DNA of 64,000 bases from positions 68,572,001 to 68,636,000 of the forward strand of contig NC_043001.1 of the NCBI RefSeq assembly GCF_006345805.1, read 5' to 3'. The position numbers were made by a program, and so were the translations under genes. This document shows positions 29,061-41,532 of this stretch, one piece after another (positions within the stretch are counted from its first letter, which is position 1; every line of letters starts with the position of its first letter). Below the pieces are notes generated by a model that was not told where the DNA came from, ran no database searches, and saw nothing but the letters and a program-made list of their open reading frames with translations. The stretch comes from Octopus sinensis (Eukaryota).

Positions 29061-29129
29061 GTAGGTCCCGGGTTGATTCGGGGTTAACCACAGTAAATAA
29101 GGTACTCAATACATAGCAGAGTAAAATTA

Positions 29130-29232
29130 ATTTATTATATAGAAGGAGCTTCTACAGGACTAGAACTGTTTCATTCAAGAGAAATCTTCGAAACAGTTCT
29201 AGTCCTGTAGAAGCTCCTTCTATATAATAAAT
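29130..29232. repeat. Perfect 43-bp inverted repeat built from hammerhead halves
   Basis: Arms 29130-29172 and 29190-29232, 17-nt spacer; same family as 23470-23610. Confidence 0.9.
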
Positions 29233-29255
29233 ATATCTATATATCTATCTATCTA

Positions 29256-29296
<41 letters not shown>

Positions 29297-29368
29297 TATA
29301 TTTATATATATCTATATATATATAAATCTATATATATCTATATATATAAATCTATATATATCTATATC

Positions 29369-29421
<53 letters not shown>

Positions 29422-29603
29422 GCACCAGGTGGTGCTATTAAGTTAGACATGGCCTGGGCCAATAATGGCCGAAACATACCAAAGTATCAAAGTATCAAAG
29501 TATAATATATATATATATAATATATATATATTATATATATATATATTACTATAATATATATTATCTATATATATAATATTTAATATATATATCTATATCT
29601 ATA

Positions 29604-29634
<31 letters not shown>

Positions 29635-29640
29635 CTACTA

Positions 29641-29671
<31 letters not shown>

Positions 29672-29673
<2 letters not shown>

Positions 29674-31097
29674 AGAAAGTTGGTTTGTGAAAGCACGTGG
29701 GTGAATATATAGAAAAAAGTAAAGAGTGAAAAAACTACAGAAGGCTTAAATGTTAAAAAAGATATATATTTGCGTCAATATGTCTGAAGAATATTAGAAA
29801 ATTTAAAAAAAAATTTTTTTCTCTTATAATGACATAATTTAAAAGAAAGACCGGTTTCGCGTTTAGCTTTTCAAATTTCTTGTGACGTTATGTTTATGTT
29901 GAATAGAGTTATGTTTATGTTGAATAGAGTTATCGTTATGTTTATGATCAGAAGAGTTCTAAATAAGGGAAGGTAGTGAGGGATTTCTTCCGGTGTAAGG
30001 GAGATAATCGCTTAAAAATTTTTTCCTTTCCCTTGGTATGAATTACTCTGTATCACTATGTTCGGATGGTTGAGTCTGGGCTTGTACTTTTCAATGAAGA
30101 ATGTTTCCTTGTTTAGTCTAATTTGTGTTGATGATCCGAAGGCACATTGGTAAAATGGATAGATTAAAAATTGTGGTAGTAGTTGCTTTGCGCATTTCTC
30201 AATGTGCTCACTAAAAGGTATCATTCTATATTCTGGGAATGCAATCTGTTGTCGATGCAGTGTGCATCTACGTCTGAGTGATAGTCCCGTGGAACCCACG
30301 TAGTCTTGGTGGCAGCCCGAGCATTTTATGACATAAATTATGTTTTCAGAGGCACAAGTAAATTTAGATTTGATCTTGAATTTCTGTCCCTCTTTAAAGA
30401 GGAATTCTGATCCTTCTAGCAGGTTAGGACATGTTGCACAGTTCGATCTACCACATTTTTTTACTTTTGCATCCGTAATTTCAGAAGACAATTTTGCCTT
30501 TGTGAGAATCTTTTTAAGTGATTTAGGCTGTTTGTAGCTTTTAATGATTTGGTGTATGTTTAGAATTTTCTTTAATTTGGGGTCTTTATGAAGTATTGGT
30601 AAATTCTGGGTGATGATGGTGAAAGCTTCTTTGTTTCTGGGGTTGTATGTAGATATGTAAGGTAGTATTTTCGGGGAAGGTGTGTTGTTGTGTTGAGCTT
30701 TTCTTAAAGTTTCTATGTTGATTTCTGTTGCACGTCTGATCCCATCCTCTATGAGTTGAGCTCGGTAATGTCTGTCAATTAGGGTGTTTTTGAGTTCTTG
30801 CAGTCTAAAGTTCCTGGTATTTTGTTCTGACACTATTGTGCATATCCTTCTTGCAAGGTTGAAGGGGATGTTTGTTTTAGTGTGTCTTGGGTGGCATGAA
30901 TTAAGAAGAAGGTATTGTTTGGCGTCTGTGGCTTTGTAAAAATGTCTGTTTCTATTTTAAGGTTAATTTTTTTAATTAGTATATCCAAGAACGGGAGCTC
31001 CTTTTGGTTGTATTCCATTGTGAACTGTATATTTGGGTTTATGCTATTCAATATGTTTTTAAAGTTTAGGAGTTTGTGTTTTCATTCCAGAGAATAA
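29672..31097 (-). mobile_element. 5'-truncated Penelope-like element: RT thumb, GIY-YIG endonuclease and pseudo-LTR
   Basis: IQFTME..ELPFLDILI, CGRSNCATC, NIIYVIKCSGCHQDYVGSTG, KYKPRLN; frameshift near 30920; TA flanks. Confidence 0.9.
29843..29881 (-). ncRNA. Minimal type I hammerhead motif in the PLE pseudo-LTR, U3-A8 variant
   Basis: aagaaa t TTGAAAA gc-taaac-gc GAAA ccgg TC tttctt; one extra U before the core. Confidence 0.65.
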
Positions 31098-31124
31098 AAC
31101 ATATATATATATATATTATATATA

Positions 31125-31174
<50 letters not shown>

Positions 31175-31380
31175 ATATATCTATATATATCTATATAATC
31201 TATATATATATATATCTATATAAAACATATATATCTATATATATATATGTATATATATATATAATCTATATATATATATCTATATAAAACATATATATCT
31301 ATATATATATCTATATAAAACATATATATCTATATATATATCTATATATATATATATCTATATATATATATATATATATA

Positions 31381-31415
<35 letters not shown>

Positions 31416-31571
31416 ATATATATATATATATATCTATATATATATATATATTATATATCTATATATATATATATATATCTATATCTATATATATATATAT
31501 ATATATATATCATATATATATATATATTATCTATATATATATATATATCTCTCTCTCTATATATATATATA

Positions 31572-31606
<35 letters not shown>

Positions 31607-31611
31607 ATATA

Positions 31612-31648
<37 letters not shown>

Positions 31649-31703
31649 ATATATATATATATATATATATCTATATATATATATATATATCTATATATAT
31701 ATA

Positions 31704-31736
<33 letters not shown>

Positions 31737-31773
31737 CTATATATATATATATATCTATATATATATATATATA

Positions 31774-31846
<73 letters not shown>

Positions 31847-31851
31847 ATATA

Positions 31852-31900
<49 letters not shown>

Positions 31901-31932
31901 ATATATATATTTATATATCTATATCTATATAT
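31098..31932. repeat. Long imperfect (TA)n tract
   Basis: Direct reading. Confidence 0.95.
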
Positions 31933-32151
31933 CAAAATTACTAAGTCTCTCTAAAAAAGAACAACGGCAGCGTTTCCGGAAAATAATAGTTATCGCCATA
32001 CTAATATGGCATTCTTATAAAAATAAGAATAAAGCTGTCCGCTCATTAGCTCCATGAGGCCATCGCCTTAAGTTAGCTATTTGATACACAAACTGTATCC
32101 ATATAACCTTCGAACAAGGGAGGTCAGTCGCTCCACACTACTTGACCGGCA

Positions 32152-32193
32152 GCTACAGACGCGTTTCGGGGTATTGCCCCTTTTCAATGCAGC
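32152..32193 (-). ncRNA. Minimal type I hammerhead ribozyme (U3-A8), inverted copy
   Basis: Exact reverse complement of 32397-32438. Confidence 0.8.
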
Positions 32194-32396
32194 GTAGCCA
32201 GACCATTTATAAGAATGCCATATTAGTATGGCGATAACTATTATTTTCCGGAAACGCTGCCGTTGTTCTCTTTTAGAGAGACTTAGTAATTTTAATATTT
32301 CTATTATTGAAAACAAGTGGATGTATGCCACCGAAGCTAGGTAAATAAAACCTTCGAACAGAGTTTGTCAGAAGCGACACCTACTGGTCTGGCTAC

Positions 32397-32438
32397 GCTG
32401 CATTGAAAAGGGGCAATACCCCGAAACGCGTCTGTAGC
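32397..32438 (+). ncRNA. Minimal type I hammerhead ribozyme (U3-A8, GUC site, cut after 32432)
   Basis: gctgca TTGAAAA gggg-caata-cccc GAAA cgcg TC tgtagc; 6-bp stem I, 4-bp stem II, palindromic ACGCGT. Confidence 0.82.
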
Positions 32439-32759
32439 TGCCGGTCAAATAGTGTGGAGCGACTGATCTCCCTTGTTCGAAGGTTATATGGATACAGTTT
32501 GTGTATCAAATAGCTAACTTAAGGCGATGGCCTCATGGGGCTAATAAGCGGACAGCTTTATTCTTATTTTTATAAGAATGCCATATTAGTATGGCGATAA
32601 CTATTATTTTCCGGAAACGCTGCCGTTGTTCTCTTTTAGAGAGACTTAGTAATTTTAATATTTCTATTATTGAAAACAAGTGGATGTATGCCACCGAAGC
32701 TAGGTAAATAAAACCTTCGAACAGAGTTTGTCAGAAGCGACACCTACTGGTCTGGCTAC

Positions 32760-32801
32760 GCTGCATTGAAAAGGGGCAATACCCCGAAACGCGTCTGTAG
32801 C
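32760..32801 (+). ncRNA. Minimal type I hammerhead ribozyme (U3-A8, cut after 32795)
   Basis: Identical to 32397-32438, 363 nt downstream. Confidence 0.82.
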
Positions 32802-33029
32802 TGCCGGTCAAGTAGTGTGGAGCGACTGACTCCCTTGTTCGAAGGTTATATGGATACAGTTTGTGTATCAAATAGCTAACTTAAGGCGATGGCCTCATGG
32901 GGCTAATAAGCGGACAGCTTTATTCTTATTTTTATAAGAATGCCATATTAGTATGGCGATAACTATTATATCTATATATATATATATATATATATATAGA
33001 TATATATTTATATATTTATACCAATTTAA

Positions 33030-33058
33030 TCTCGAGCAACGTCGGGTATCATTGCTGG
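33030..33058 (+). mobile_element. Helitron-like 3' end
   Basis: ctcgagcaacgtcggg hairpin then CTGG|T; resembles 34050-34073. Confidence 0.5.
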
Positions 33059-33305
33059 TAATATAATATAATATGATAATTAATAAATGTTAAATACAAA
33101 TAACATACAATTGTTGCGTTTCTTACACATAATAAAATTATAAAAATCCATGTTTGTGGGTAAGAATTTCTTCAGTGTAATGTTTGATATATGAAAATTT
33201 ACAGATCCAAGAAAAGACTAATTTAAATGTTTATGTTTTCAAGCTACAGCGTAAATAATTAAAAATAATAACAAAGATAAAAATAAAATAAAATAGGAAA
33301 AATAA

Positions 33306-34073
33306 TCTATATATATAAAACTCAACTTGTGTGTCTGTGTGTGTATCTGTGTGTGTGTCTGTGTGTGTGTCTGTGTGTTTAACTTCCCGGCACATCTCCT
33401 CCTAGCCAACAAATCGTAGAACCAACAAAAATAGGTCACTTAAAGTTTAGGCGAATGAAAATTGAACTGCGCTATTTCTGTTCCCAAATTCATCTCGCAA
33501 GTGCAAAAATCGATAATGTGTTTGTTTAGGCCTTATCCCATGCATTGAATAGTGAACTTTACTCAGTCAGCTGTTTGACGTGAACTGTGTTCACCACGCG
33601 TGCATGCATGCGTAAATTGCATGAAAAATAAAAAATCAAGATATAAAAACGAATCGCCGTAAACATTGTAGAAATTCGGCCTAGAATTGAATTTTCGGGA
33701 TGTGAATTTTCGTATTAATCGTTTGGACTTTGTGAACACATACCAATTATCTATATATATAAAGCTGAAGTTGTTTGTGTATGGCAGGTTTGGTAGCCGT
33801 CAACCAACACTAAATCCTCCGAGACCCTGCGGCGCAAGCTGACCAAAATTGAGAGTATGATAGAAGAAGGCTTGCTCTTCCTTCTGTAGAAGACAAAATT
33901 CAAATCGGACCATCAAAAAGGTGCTTTTTTTCTATGAATTTTTTGACTGTCACCATTTTTCGTGTATTTCAACCAGAAAAATGTTCACTTAAAGAGAATA
34001 ACAAGCTACATAATGCAAAATTTTTACTTTTCAAAAATTCCAATTCTGAAGCAACGCCGGGTGATACTGCTAG
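33306..34073 (+). mobile_element. Non-autonomous Helitron(s): two 5' ends (33306, 33750) and one 3' end
   Basis: A|TCTATATATATAAA starts; ends gcaacgccgggtgatactgCTAG|T. Confidence 0.7.
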
Positions 34074-34608
34074 TCTAAAGTAAACTAATATAACGATCAT
34101 AAAATATATTTATATACTATTTAGAATTTTAATCTAAATATATTTTAGCGCATTAGATTTTTAACATACCGGGAAAATATTAAAATAAAAAACCATGGCA
34201 AAATAAGAAATATCCCTTTTATTCTTTCATACTATTAAAAAATACTTTTTACTATAATAACAATACGCAATTTATCTATGGGTAAATATCAAGTAATATA
34301 TTTAAAATACTTTATCATCTCTAGTGAAATAGCAAATAATATTATAAATTACATTGCATTAATTATTTATAATAATCCTTACTAAAAATCAAAGGTTAAT
34401 AATTAAAAAAAATATTACGTAGTTTATATAAAAAAGAAACTTTCTGAAATATATTATCATAAGTACTCTTCTACTATACTAAAATGATTTAGTTTATCAC
34501 AAGAATAGTGCATGTGTATGTATAAATATATATGTATATATATAATATGTATAATATGTATACACATACACACGCATGTATGTATATATGTACATATATA
34601 TATATAAT

Positions 34609-34655
<47 letters not shown>

Positions 34656-35307
34656 AATTATATAAATAAATATGAATAAATAAGTATAAAGTATAAAGAT
34701 ATATATTCATTAACAGATATATATATATACATACACACGCATATATATCACATATACACACATACATATGTAGCCCTACATGTATTAAACAGCCTTGCAT
34801 CTTAGCATTGATAGATTACAAGCCAAAGGAAATGAAAAGAGCATGTTTTCTTGTAATTTATTTTTCTACTCAGAATCATTTTGAAAAATATTCTTTGCCC
34901 TATGACCATTTTATAGAAGCAGTGCCTCATTCCAATCGTATCATCCCATTTCTTATCATATGATATTTTCTTTCTGTTTCTTTGTTCTTATTCATCGCGA
35001 GTGTATTGTTTTTGTATACTTTTTGTTCTATTTCAATTAGTTAAGATCACAATAATTTTACACAGCCACAAGACATCTTTCTTCAATATGCAGCAATTAT
35101 ATATATATATATATATGTTTTTTGCTTGCGCAGTTATTCTAATATTCATTACATAGCACTATAGTTAGCACCTCTTTCAATTTCTCGTTAAAATTTATCA
35201 TCACAGCCGCTGTCGTTGTCGTCATCGTCGTTCCCATCATGACATCCATCAACATCATCATCTCTACCACCACCACCACTACCACAACCACCTTCATCAT
35301 CATCATT

Positions 35308-35346
<39 letters not shown>

Positions 35347-35744
35347 TTCACCATCCTTCTTGATAGTTTCGCTATCATCCTCCATTATTTTGTTTTTTCC
35401 CAGCTCTTTTCTTGATTAGGGAATCCATAAAAGAGGAAATTAAACATCGGACTTAACATTCGCAATATCTTCATAATCGAGTTGTGATTACTTAAATAAA
35501 TCTAAATAAATAGAAACAGCAAGATTCTGATACATGTCATCAATTGTAGGAAATAAATTGAATGGTTAACTTCATTTGTGTTCAGATTATATAACTGAAG
35601 AGTTGCTGCACAACTGAGCACAATACACATTACATGATTAGATTTTCGCGGAACAAAGCCGACTTCACAAGTGGCGCAGCCGTTATACTTGAGCTGTAAG
35701 CGGTTTTAATAGATTAAAATATGTATAAAAGTATAACTTGCACA

Positions 35745-35855
35745 CATTATACTACATACATACATACATACATATATATATATGTATGCATACATATATA
35801 TGTATATGCATATATGTATGTATATATATATATATGCATATATGTATATATATGC

Positions 35856-35887
<32 letters not shown>

Positions 35888-35919
35888 GTATATATATACA
35901 TGTATATATAATATATATG

Positions 35920-35952
<33 letters not shown>

Positions 35953-36017
35953 GTATGTATATATATATATGTATATATATATATAATATATATGTATATA
36001 TATATATTGTATATATA

Positions 36018-36052
<35 letters not shown>

Positions 36053-36094
36053 CATATATATATGTATGTATATATATATATGCATATATATATG

Positions 36095-36147
<53 letters not shown>

Positions 36148-36224
36148 CACATTCGAAAATGTGAATGTATATGTGCGTGTGTCTACATACATAAATGCAT
36201 ACATACACACGCGTACACACATAC

Positions 36225-36291
<67 letters not shown>

Positions 36292-36292
36292 T
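35745..36292. repeat. (TA)n/(TATG)n/(CT)n/(CA)n compound microsatellite
   Basis: Direct reading. Confidence 0.95.
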
Positions 36293-37589
36293 AAGTACAT
36301 CTGTATTAAAAAAGTAACTAGAATTTACAAAATGCTTTAAGGCACGGCAGTTACATTATTCTATTTAATATGATTTCATTCTAGGTGTTTTCAATTTATT
36401 TTAAAATTTACCGGTTTATTCCTTATTTTCTATATAGGTTCTTCATGTTTTCATTCTTCTTCCAGTATATATGTCTCTCTCTCTCTCTCTCAACATATAT
36501 ATATATATATATTATATATATATATATATAATTCATGCATATATTTATACATATGTATGTATGTAGTATATATGTATCCATATTTATGTGTGTGTGTCTG
36601 TATGTGTCTGTGTCCGTGTCCGTCCGTATGCATTTGCCTAAATTACATATGTATACATATAATGAATATAAACATACACAGGCACGTGCAGAAACACATA
36701 TATTTACACAAGCAGCAACACAAAGACACCCACAGATATATGCAAAAGTATGTATGATATGTGAGAAGACATATATATATATATATATTACATATTTTCA
36801 TAGAGTGAGATAAATATATCTTTGTTTATAGTTTGTTGTTACTGAGTTTTTGTTCATGAACTTACACACACACATACATAGACGCGCGCGTTAATTGCGA
36901 TGATACGACATACAACACATACCGCTCAGCATTTCGCTCGGCGTACTAACGCTTCTGTCAGCCCGCTGCATTCTCTGTTTTAAATATTGAGTGTCTTATT
37001 GTATATACATTATTGTATATACATATTTTAAAGATAGAAATATGCGCAGAAATCGAGATACGCTAAGCATCGAATGGTTAAGATGTTCGCTTTGCACATA
37101 CGTGGTTCGGGTTCAGTCCCTCTCACGGTATATTTGGTTGTGTTTACTATTATAACACGGTTCCACCTATGTCATATGGGTGGATGTGGTAGACGGAAAC
37201 TGTGTGGAAACTTATTTATTTCCATTCATTTCTGAATATACACCTGTATTGTACAAAGCATGGCTTGAGTATTAATGCAAACATAAACGTAATTTATCAC
37301 ACTAAAATTATTATTACATAACTAGTATTTCTTAATATTTTGTCGTTCATACACACACACATACATAAATTTTTCAAAACCATGATTATTTTCAATCTCT
37401 GCTCAATTTCCCATCGGTGATATGTACATATTAGATATAATGAAAATTTGTTCTGTAATATTGCTTTTGGAAAACTTCATCCAGTAGGTATCTCCAGTAT
37501 TTTGTTGAGTGCCGTGTTTTTCGCGGCGTGTTATTAAAACCCTAAGATACCGCCCAAACGCTCTACACCTTCTAAGGTATCTGGCAGTG

Positions 37590-39260
37590 AACCTAAGCGC
37601 CAGAAGAAGGTTATGACGCTCCATGAGAAAGCAGAACTGCTGAATATGTTCTGGGAAAGTAAAAGTTATGCTCCAGCAGGTCACTATTAACGAAATGTTG
37701 TTAACGAAAGCACAATACGCTACATAAAGAAGAATGAGGTGGCGACCAGGACAACCGTAGCAGTAACTTTCTGTGAACGTGCTAAAAAGATAATGATGGT
37801 GAGAATTAAGCATTGTGCAGGATGGGATCCGCCTTGGCATTGTAGATCAGTGACTGCAAGAAAAACATCCCCTTGAGCGGTAATATCATCCGTGAGAAAG
37901 TGTGGAAATTATACCAGCTGCTCGACAGAGGAGACGGAGCAGAAAGCACCGAAGAACCGCAGCCAAGAACATTGACAACAACGGAGCTCGATGATTTACA
38001 AACTAGCAAGGTATGGTTTGACCGTTTCCAGAAACGGTTTAAAATAAAGTGTATTCCTGTATGGAGAGACAACATCAGCCGACAAAGAAGCCGCTGAGAA
38101 GTACCTCGTGACCTTCAGACAGATCCCCGAGGACAAGGGATACAAGCCGGTACAGATTATCAATATGGACGAGACTAGCTTGTTCTGAAACAAGATGCCT
38201 TCCAGAACGTACATCATAAAGGACGAAGCTAGAACCGCAGGAGTTAAGGCATAGAAGGACAGAGTAATGTTAATTAAGTGTGGCAATATTGCTGGCTTCA
38301 TGATGAAACCAGGACTTATCTCAAATTCCGCGAAGTCGAGGGCCTTCAAAAATAAGAATAAAAACATGCTGACTGTCCACTGGATGCACAACACCAAGGC
38401 ATGGATTACGAAAGTCTAACTTTGAAATGGTTCCACCAATGCTTCATCCCTCAAGCCAAGGAATACTTCCAAAATGTTTGCATGTAATTCATGGTGTTGC
38501 TTGTTATGGATAAAGCTTGTGGTTACTCTTTCGATTTGAATCACGAAGAAGTCCAAATCGAGTTCCACCCTTGTAACACCACCTCCGTCATCCAGCCTGT
38601 GAATCAAGGCGTCATCCGCGCCTTCAAGGCACTTTATACTCGGATATCTCTCTAACACTTTGTCAACACAATGGAATTCAGACGAAAAATTCAAGTTAAA
38701 CGAATACTGGCTTAACTTCACGATCGCAACGTGGCTGTCATGAAAAAGAAAGCCTCATCGCATGCTGGAACAAGGTGTGGCTAGAGTGTGTCGAAGACTA
38801 CGAGGGCTTCTCACCTGAAGATATTCAGCACGTGGCTGTCAACAATGCGGTGAAACTGGCAAAGGTATTTGATGACGACGTTTTGACGACATCACGCAAG
38901 ATGAGGTCAACGACCTCATCGATACCAACTCTGAAACACTGACAGACGAATAGTTGATGGAATTAACGAAGTCTGCCAGCGAAGAGGAGGAAGCGCCAGG
39001 TCCAAATAAAGAGGGGATGAGGTAAGCCTAGCAATCGAACGTCTGTCCGACCTTATAAGGGCAGGAAAGGAATGACAAGGGAAGGCGGAAGCATGGGAAC
39101 CCTATATGGTTCAGTCACACCAATTTTAAAATGCCATCGATACTGCTATGCAGACATATACAACTTTCCTCACCATCATGAAAAAAAACAGCGACAGCAA
39201 CTTCCCATCACAATGTTCCTCAAGCTACCAAGAAAGCCATGCATGAAGAATCGACACCAG
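37590..39260 (+). pseudogene. Tigger/pogo DDE transposase pseudogene
   Basis: MTLHEKAELL, SKVWFDRFQKRF, SADKEAA, IINMDETSLF, WMHNTKAWIT, NTTSVIQPVNQGVIRAF; many stops. Confidence 0.88.
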
Positions 39261-39378
39261 AAGAAGAGGCGTCACCTGAAAAGCTTTAACTATTCTTTGT
39301 TGGTCAGTCATTATCTTCATTATTTTTATCATCGTCTTAAATAAACATCATTCATTATGTAAGTAACTTTATTTATTA

Positions 39379-39845
39379 TCAAATTATCTTTGTGAACAGC
39401 TTGTACACGTGAGGCAGCAGGCATATGGGTCGATAATTCTTTAGATCATCTCTATCGCCATTCTTATATAGCAGGATGATATTTGACTCGGTGAAGATTT
39501 TCCAGAGCTGCTCTCTGCCTGACTTTAACATCTCCGATGTTATACCGTTTATCCCTGGCGCCTTTCTGTTTTTCATCAAACCGATGGCTCTTTCAAACTC
39601 AATGACAAGGATATGTGGCACATTTTCTTCCAGTTGGAGTGGTGGTAACGGCTGGACATTTCTGGTAGACTTGAAGAGCTTGATGTAGAAGTCTTCGCAA
39701 ACTTTTTCCATCTCGCTCTTATCGTTGACCGGTACTCCATCTGTATTCTTCAGGGTTGTCACCTCTGATCTATATAGTACCATGTCCCGCTTGCATTTCT
39801 TGAAGCTCTTCTTTTCCTCTGCGTCCTTCAAGAGCTTCTGCAGTA
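39379..39845 (-). mobile_element. RTE-clade LINE, inverted 5' segment (N-terminal RT)
   Basis: KAPGINGITSEMLK, IILLYKNGDRDDLKNYRPICLL. Confidence 0.85.
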
Positions 39846-39847
39846 GT

Positions 39848-40550
39848 TCTCAAGATGAACCGCATGAAAACGAAGTTCATGCGGTCAGACAACGTACCAA
39901 CATGTTGAATGGTGATCGGCAGTGATGAAATAGAGGAGGTAAAGGAATATGTCTACCTGGGGCAGGAAGTGAATAAGTGCTGAGATATCGAAAAGTAGAT
40001 CTCACGGAAAGTAAGGGAGGGATGGAAGGCGTTTAATGGTATAAGGGATGTGCTCAGGGAATGTGGGACAGGACCACCCGCGCCAACCTCATCAATAGCA
40101 CAGTTCTACTTGCAATGTTATATGGTAGTGAAACATGGGTTACAACAAAGAAAGAAGAACAGAAATTGGTAACGGCTCAAAGAGCCATGGAGATGTCAAT
40201 GCTTGAACTCTCGTTGAGAGAGCGTATTGGTAGCGAAGTCATCAGACGGAAGTCCGGCGTGAGGGATGTCATCGTAGAATATACATGCAACGAGTTTAGA
40301 TGGGCTGGACACGTTCCCCGGCACACCGATAATCGGTGGACCCGCGCAGCTAATGAGTGGTACCCGCGTGACCGGAAACGACCACTCGGAAAGCCTCTAC
40401 GACGGTGGAGTTACGATTTCAGGAGGACAATTGGGATCACATAGATGAGAAAGGTGCGATCCAGGGAGGAGTGGACAGCGTGCTGTGACCAGCGGTATCA
40501 ACTGGACGCCCGACGGACTGGTCGGTCAAGGTGATGAAGGTGCAGGTGAT
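39848..40550 (+). mobile_element. RTE-clade LINE 3' segment
   Basis: IEEVKEYVYLG, LYGSETW, WAGHVPR..DNRWTR, KRPLGKP.RRW; short aggtga-repeat tail. Confidence 0.85.
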
Positions 40551-41202
40551 GTATATATACATACACACATACATACATACATACATACATACATACATAC
40601 ATACATACATACATACATACATACATACATAATACATATATATATATATATATATATAATATCTTCTTCTTCTTGACCCCCTTCGGTCATGAATGACCAT
40701 GGGATTGCACCTGGAAAGTCACCCTCCGAGGCATAAATCTGGGCAATAATTTTTTATGGAAGACCAGCAGTCGCCCATGCATACCAGCCTCCCCTCTTCA
40801 CGCCACCAATGTTATCCAAGGGAAGGCAAAGGCTGATACAGCTTGGCACCAGTGACATCGCAGCTCATTTGTTAACGTGCAAGTGGCTGAGCACTCCACA
40901 GACATGTGTTCCCTTAACGTAGTTCTTGGGGAGATTCAGCATGACACAGAGTGTGACAAGGCTGGCCCTTTGAAATACAGGTACCATAGAAACAGGAAGA
41001 AAGAGTGAGAGAAAGTTGTGGTGAAAGAGTACAGCAGGGTTCACCACCCCACTGCCGGAGACTCGTGGAGCTTTAGGTGTTTCCGTTCAATAAACACTCG
41101 CAATGCCCCGTCTGGGAATCGAAACCGCGATCCTACGACCGTGAGTCCGCTACCCTAATCACTGGGACATTCCGCCTGCCTCTCTCTCTCTACACACACA
41201 CA

Positions 41203-41245
<43 letters not shown>

Positions 41246-41487
41246 ATATACACACACGTATATATGTATGGGAAAAGTAAAAAGGAGATATACATACAAA
41301 CAAATTTGTGATGCAATTAAGAAGTATAAAAATCATTATTATCAGTCATTACAGAATCATACCTGTTTCGTCAGAGCTGGTCACTGACTTTGGATCAACA
41401 CAATTTCCGTTATATATATATATATATATATACACATACATACATACATAATACATACATACATACATACAATACATACATACATAC

Positions 41488-41532
<45 letters not shown>

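Larger units (their letters stand above)
31934..32969 (+). mobile_element. Retrozyme-like array: inverted partial unit (31934-32205) plus about 2.1 tandem 363-bp hammerhead-bearing units
   Basis: aagaatgcca recurs at 32211, 32574 and 32936; units near-identical; no credible ORF; one HHR per unit. Confidence 0.8.
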
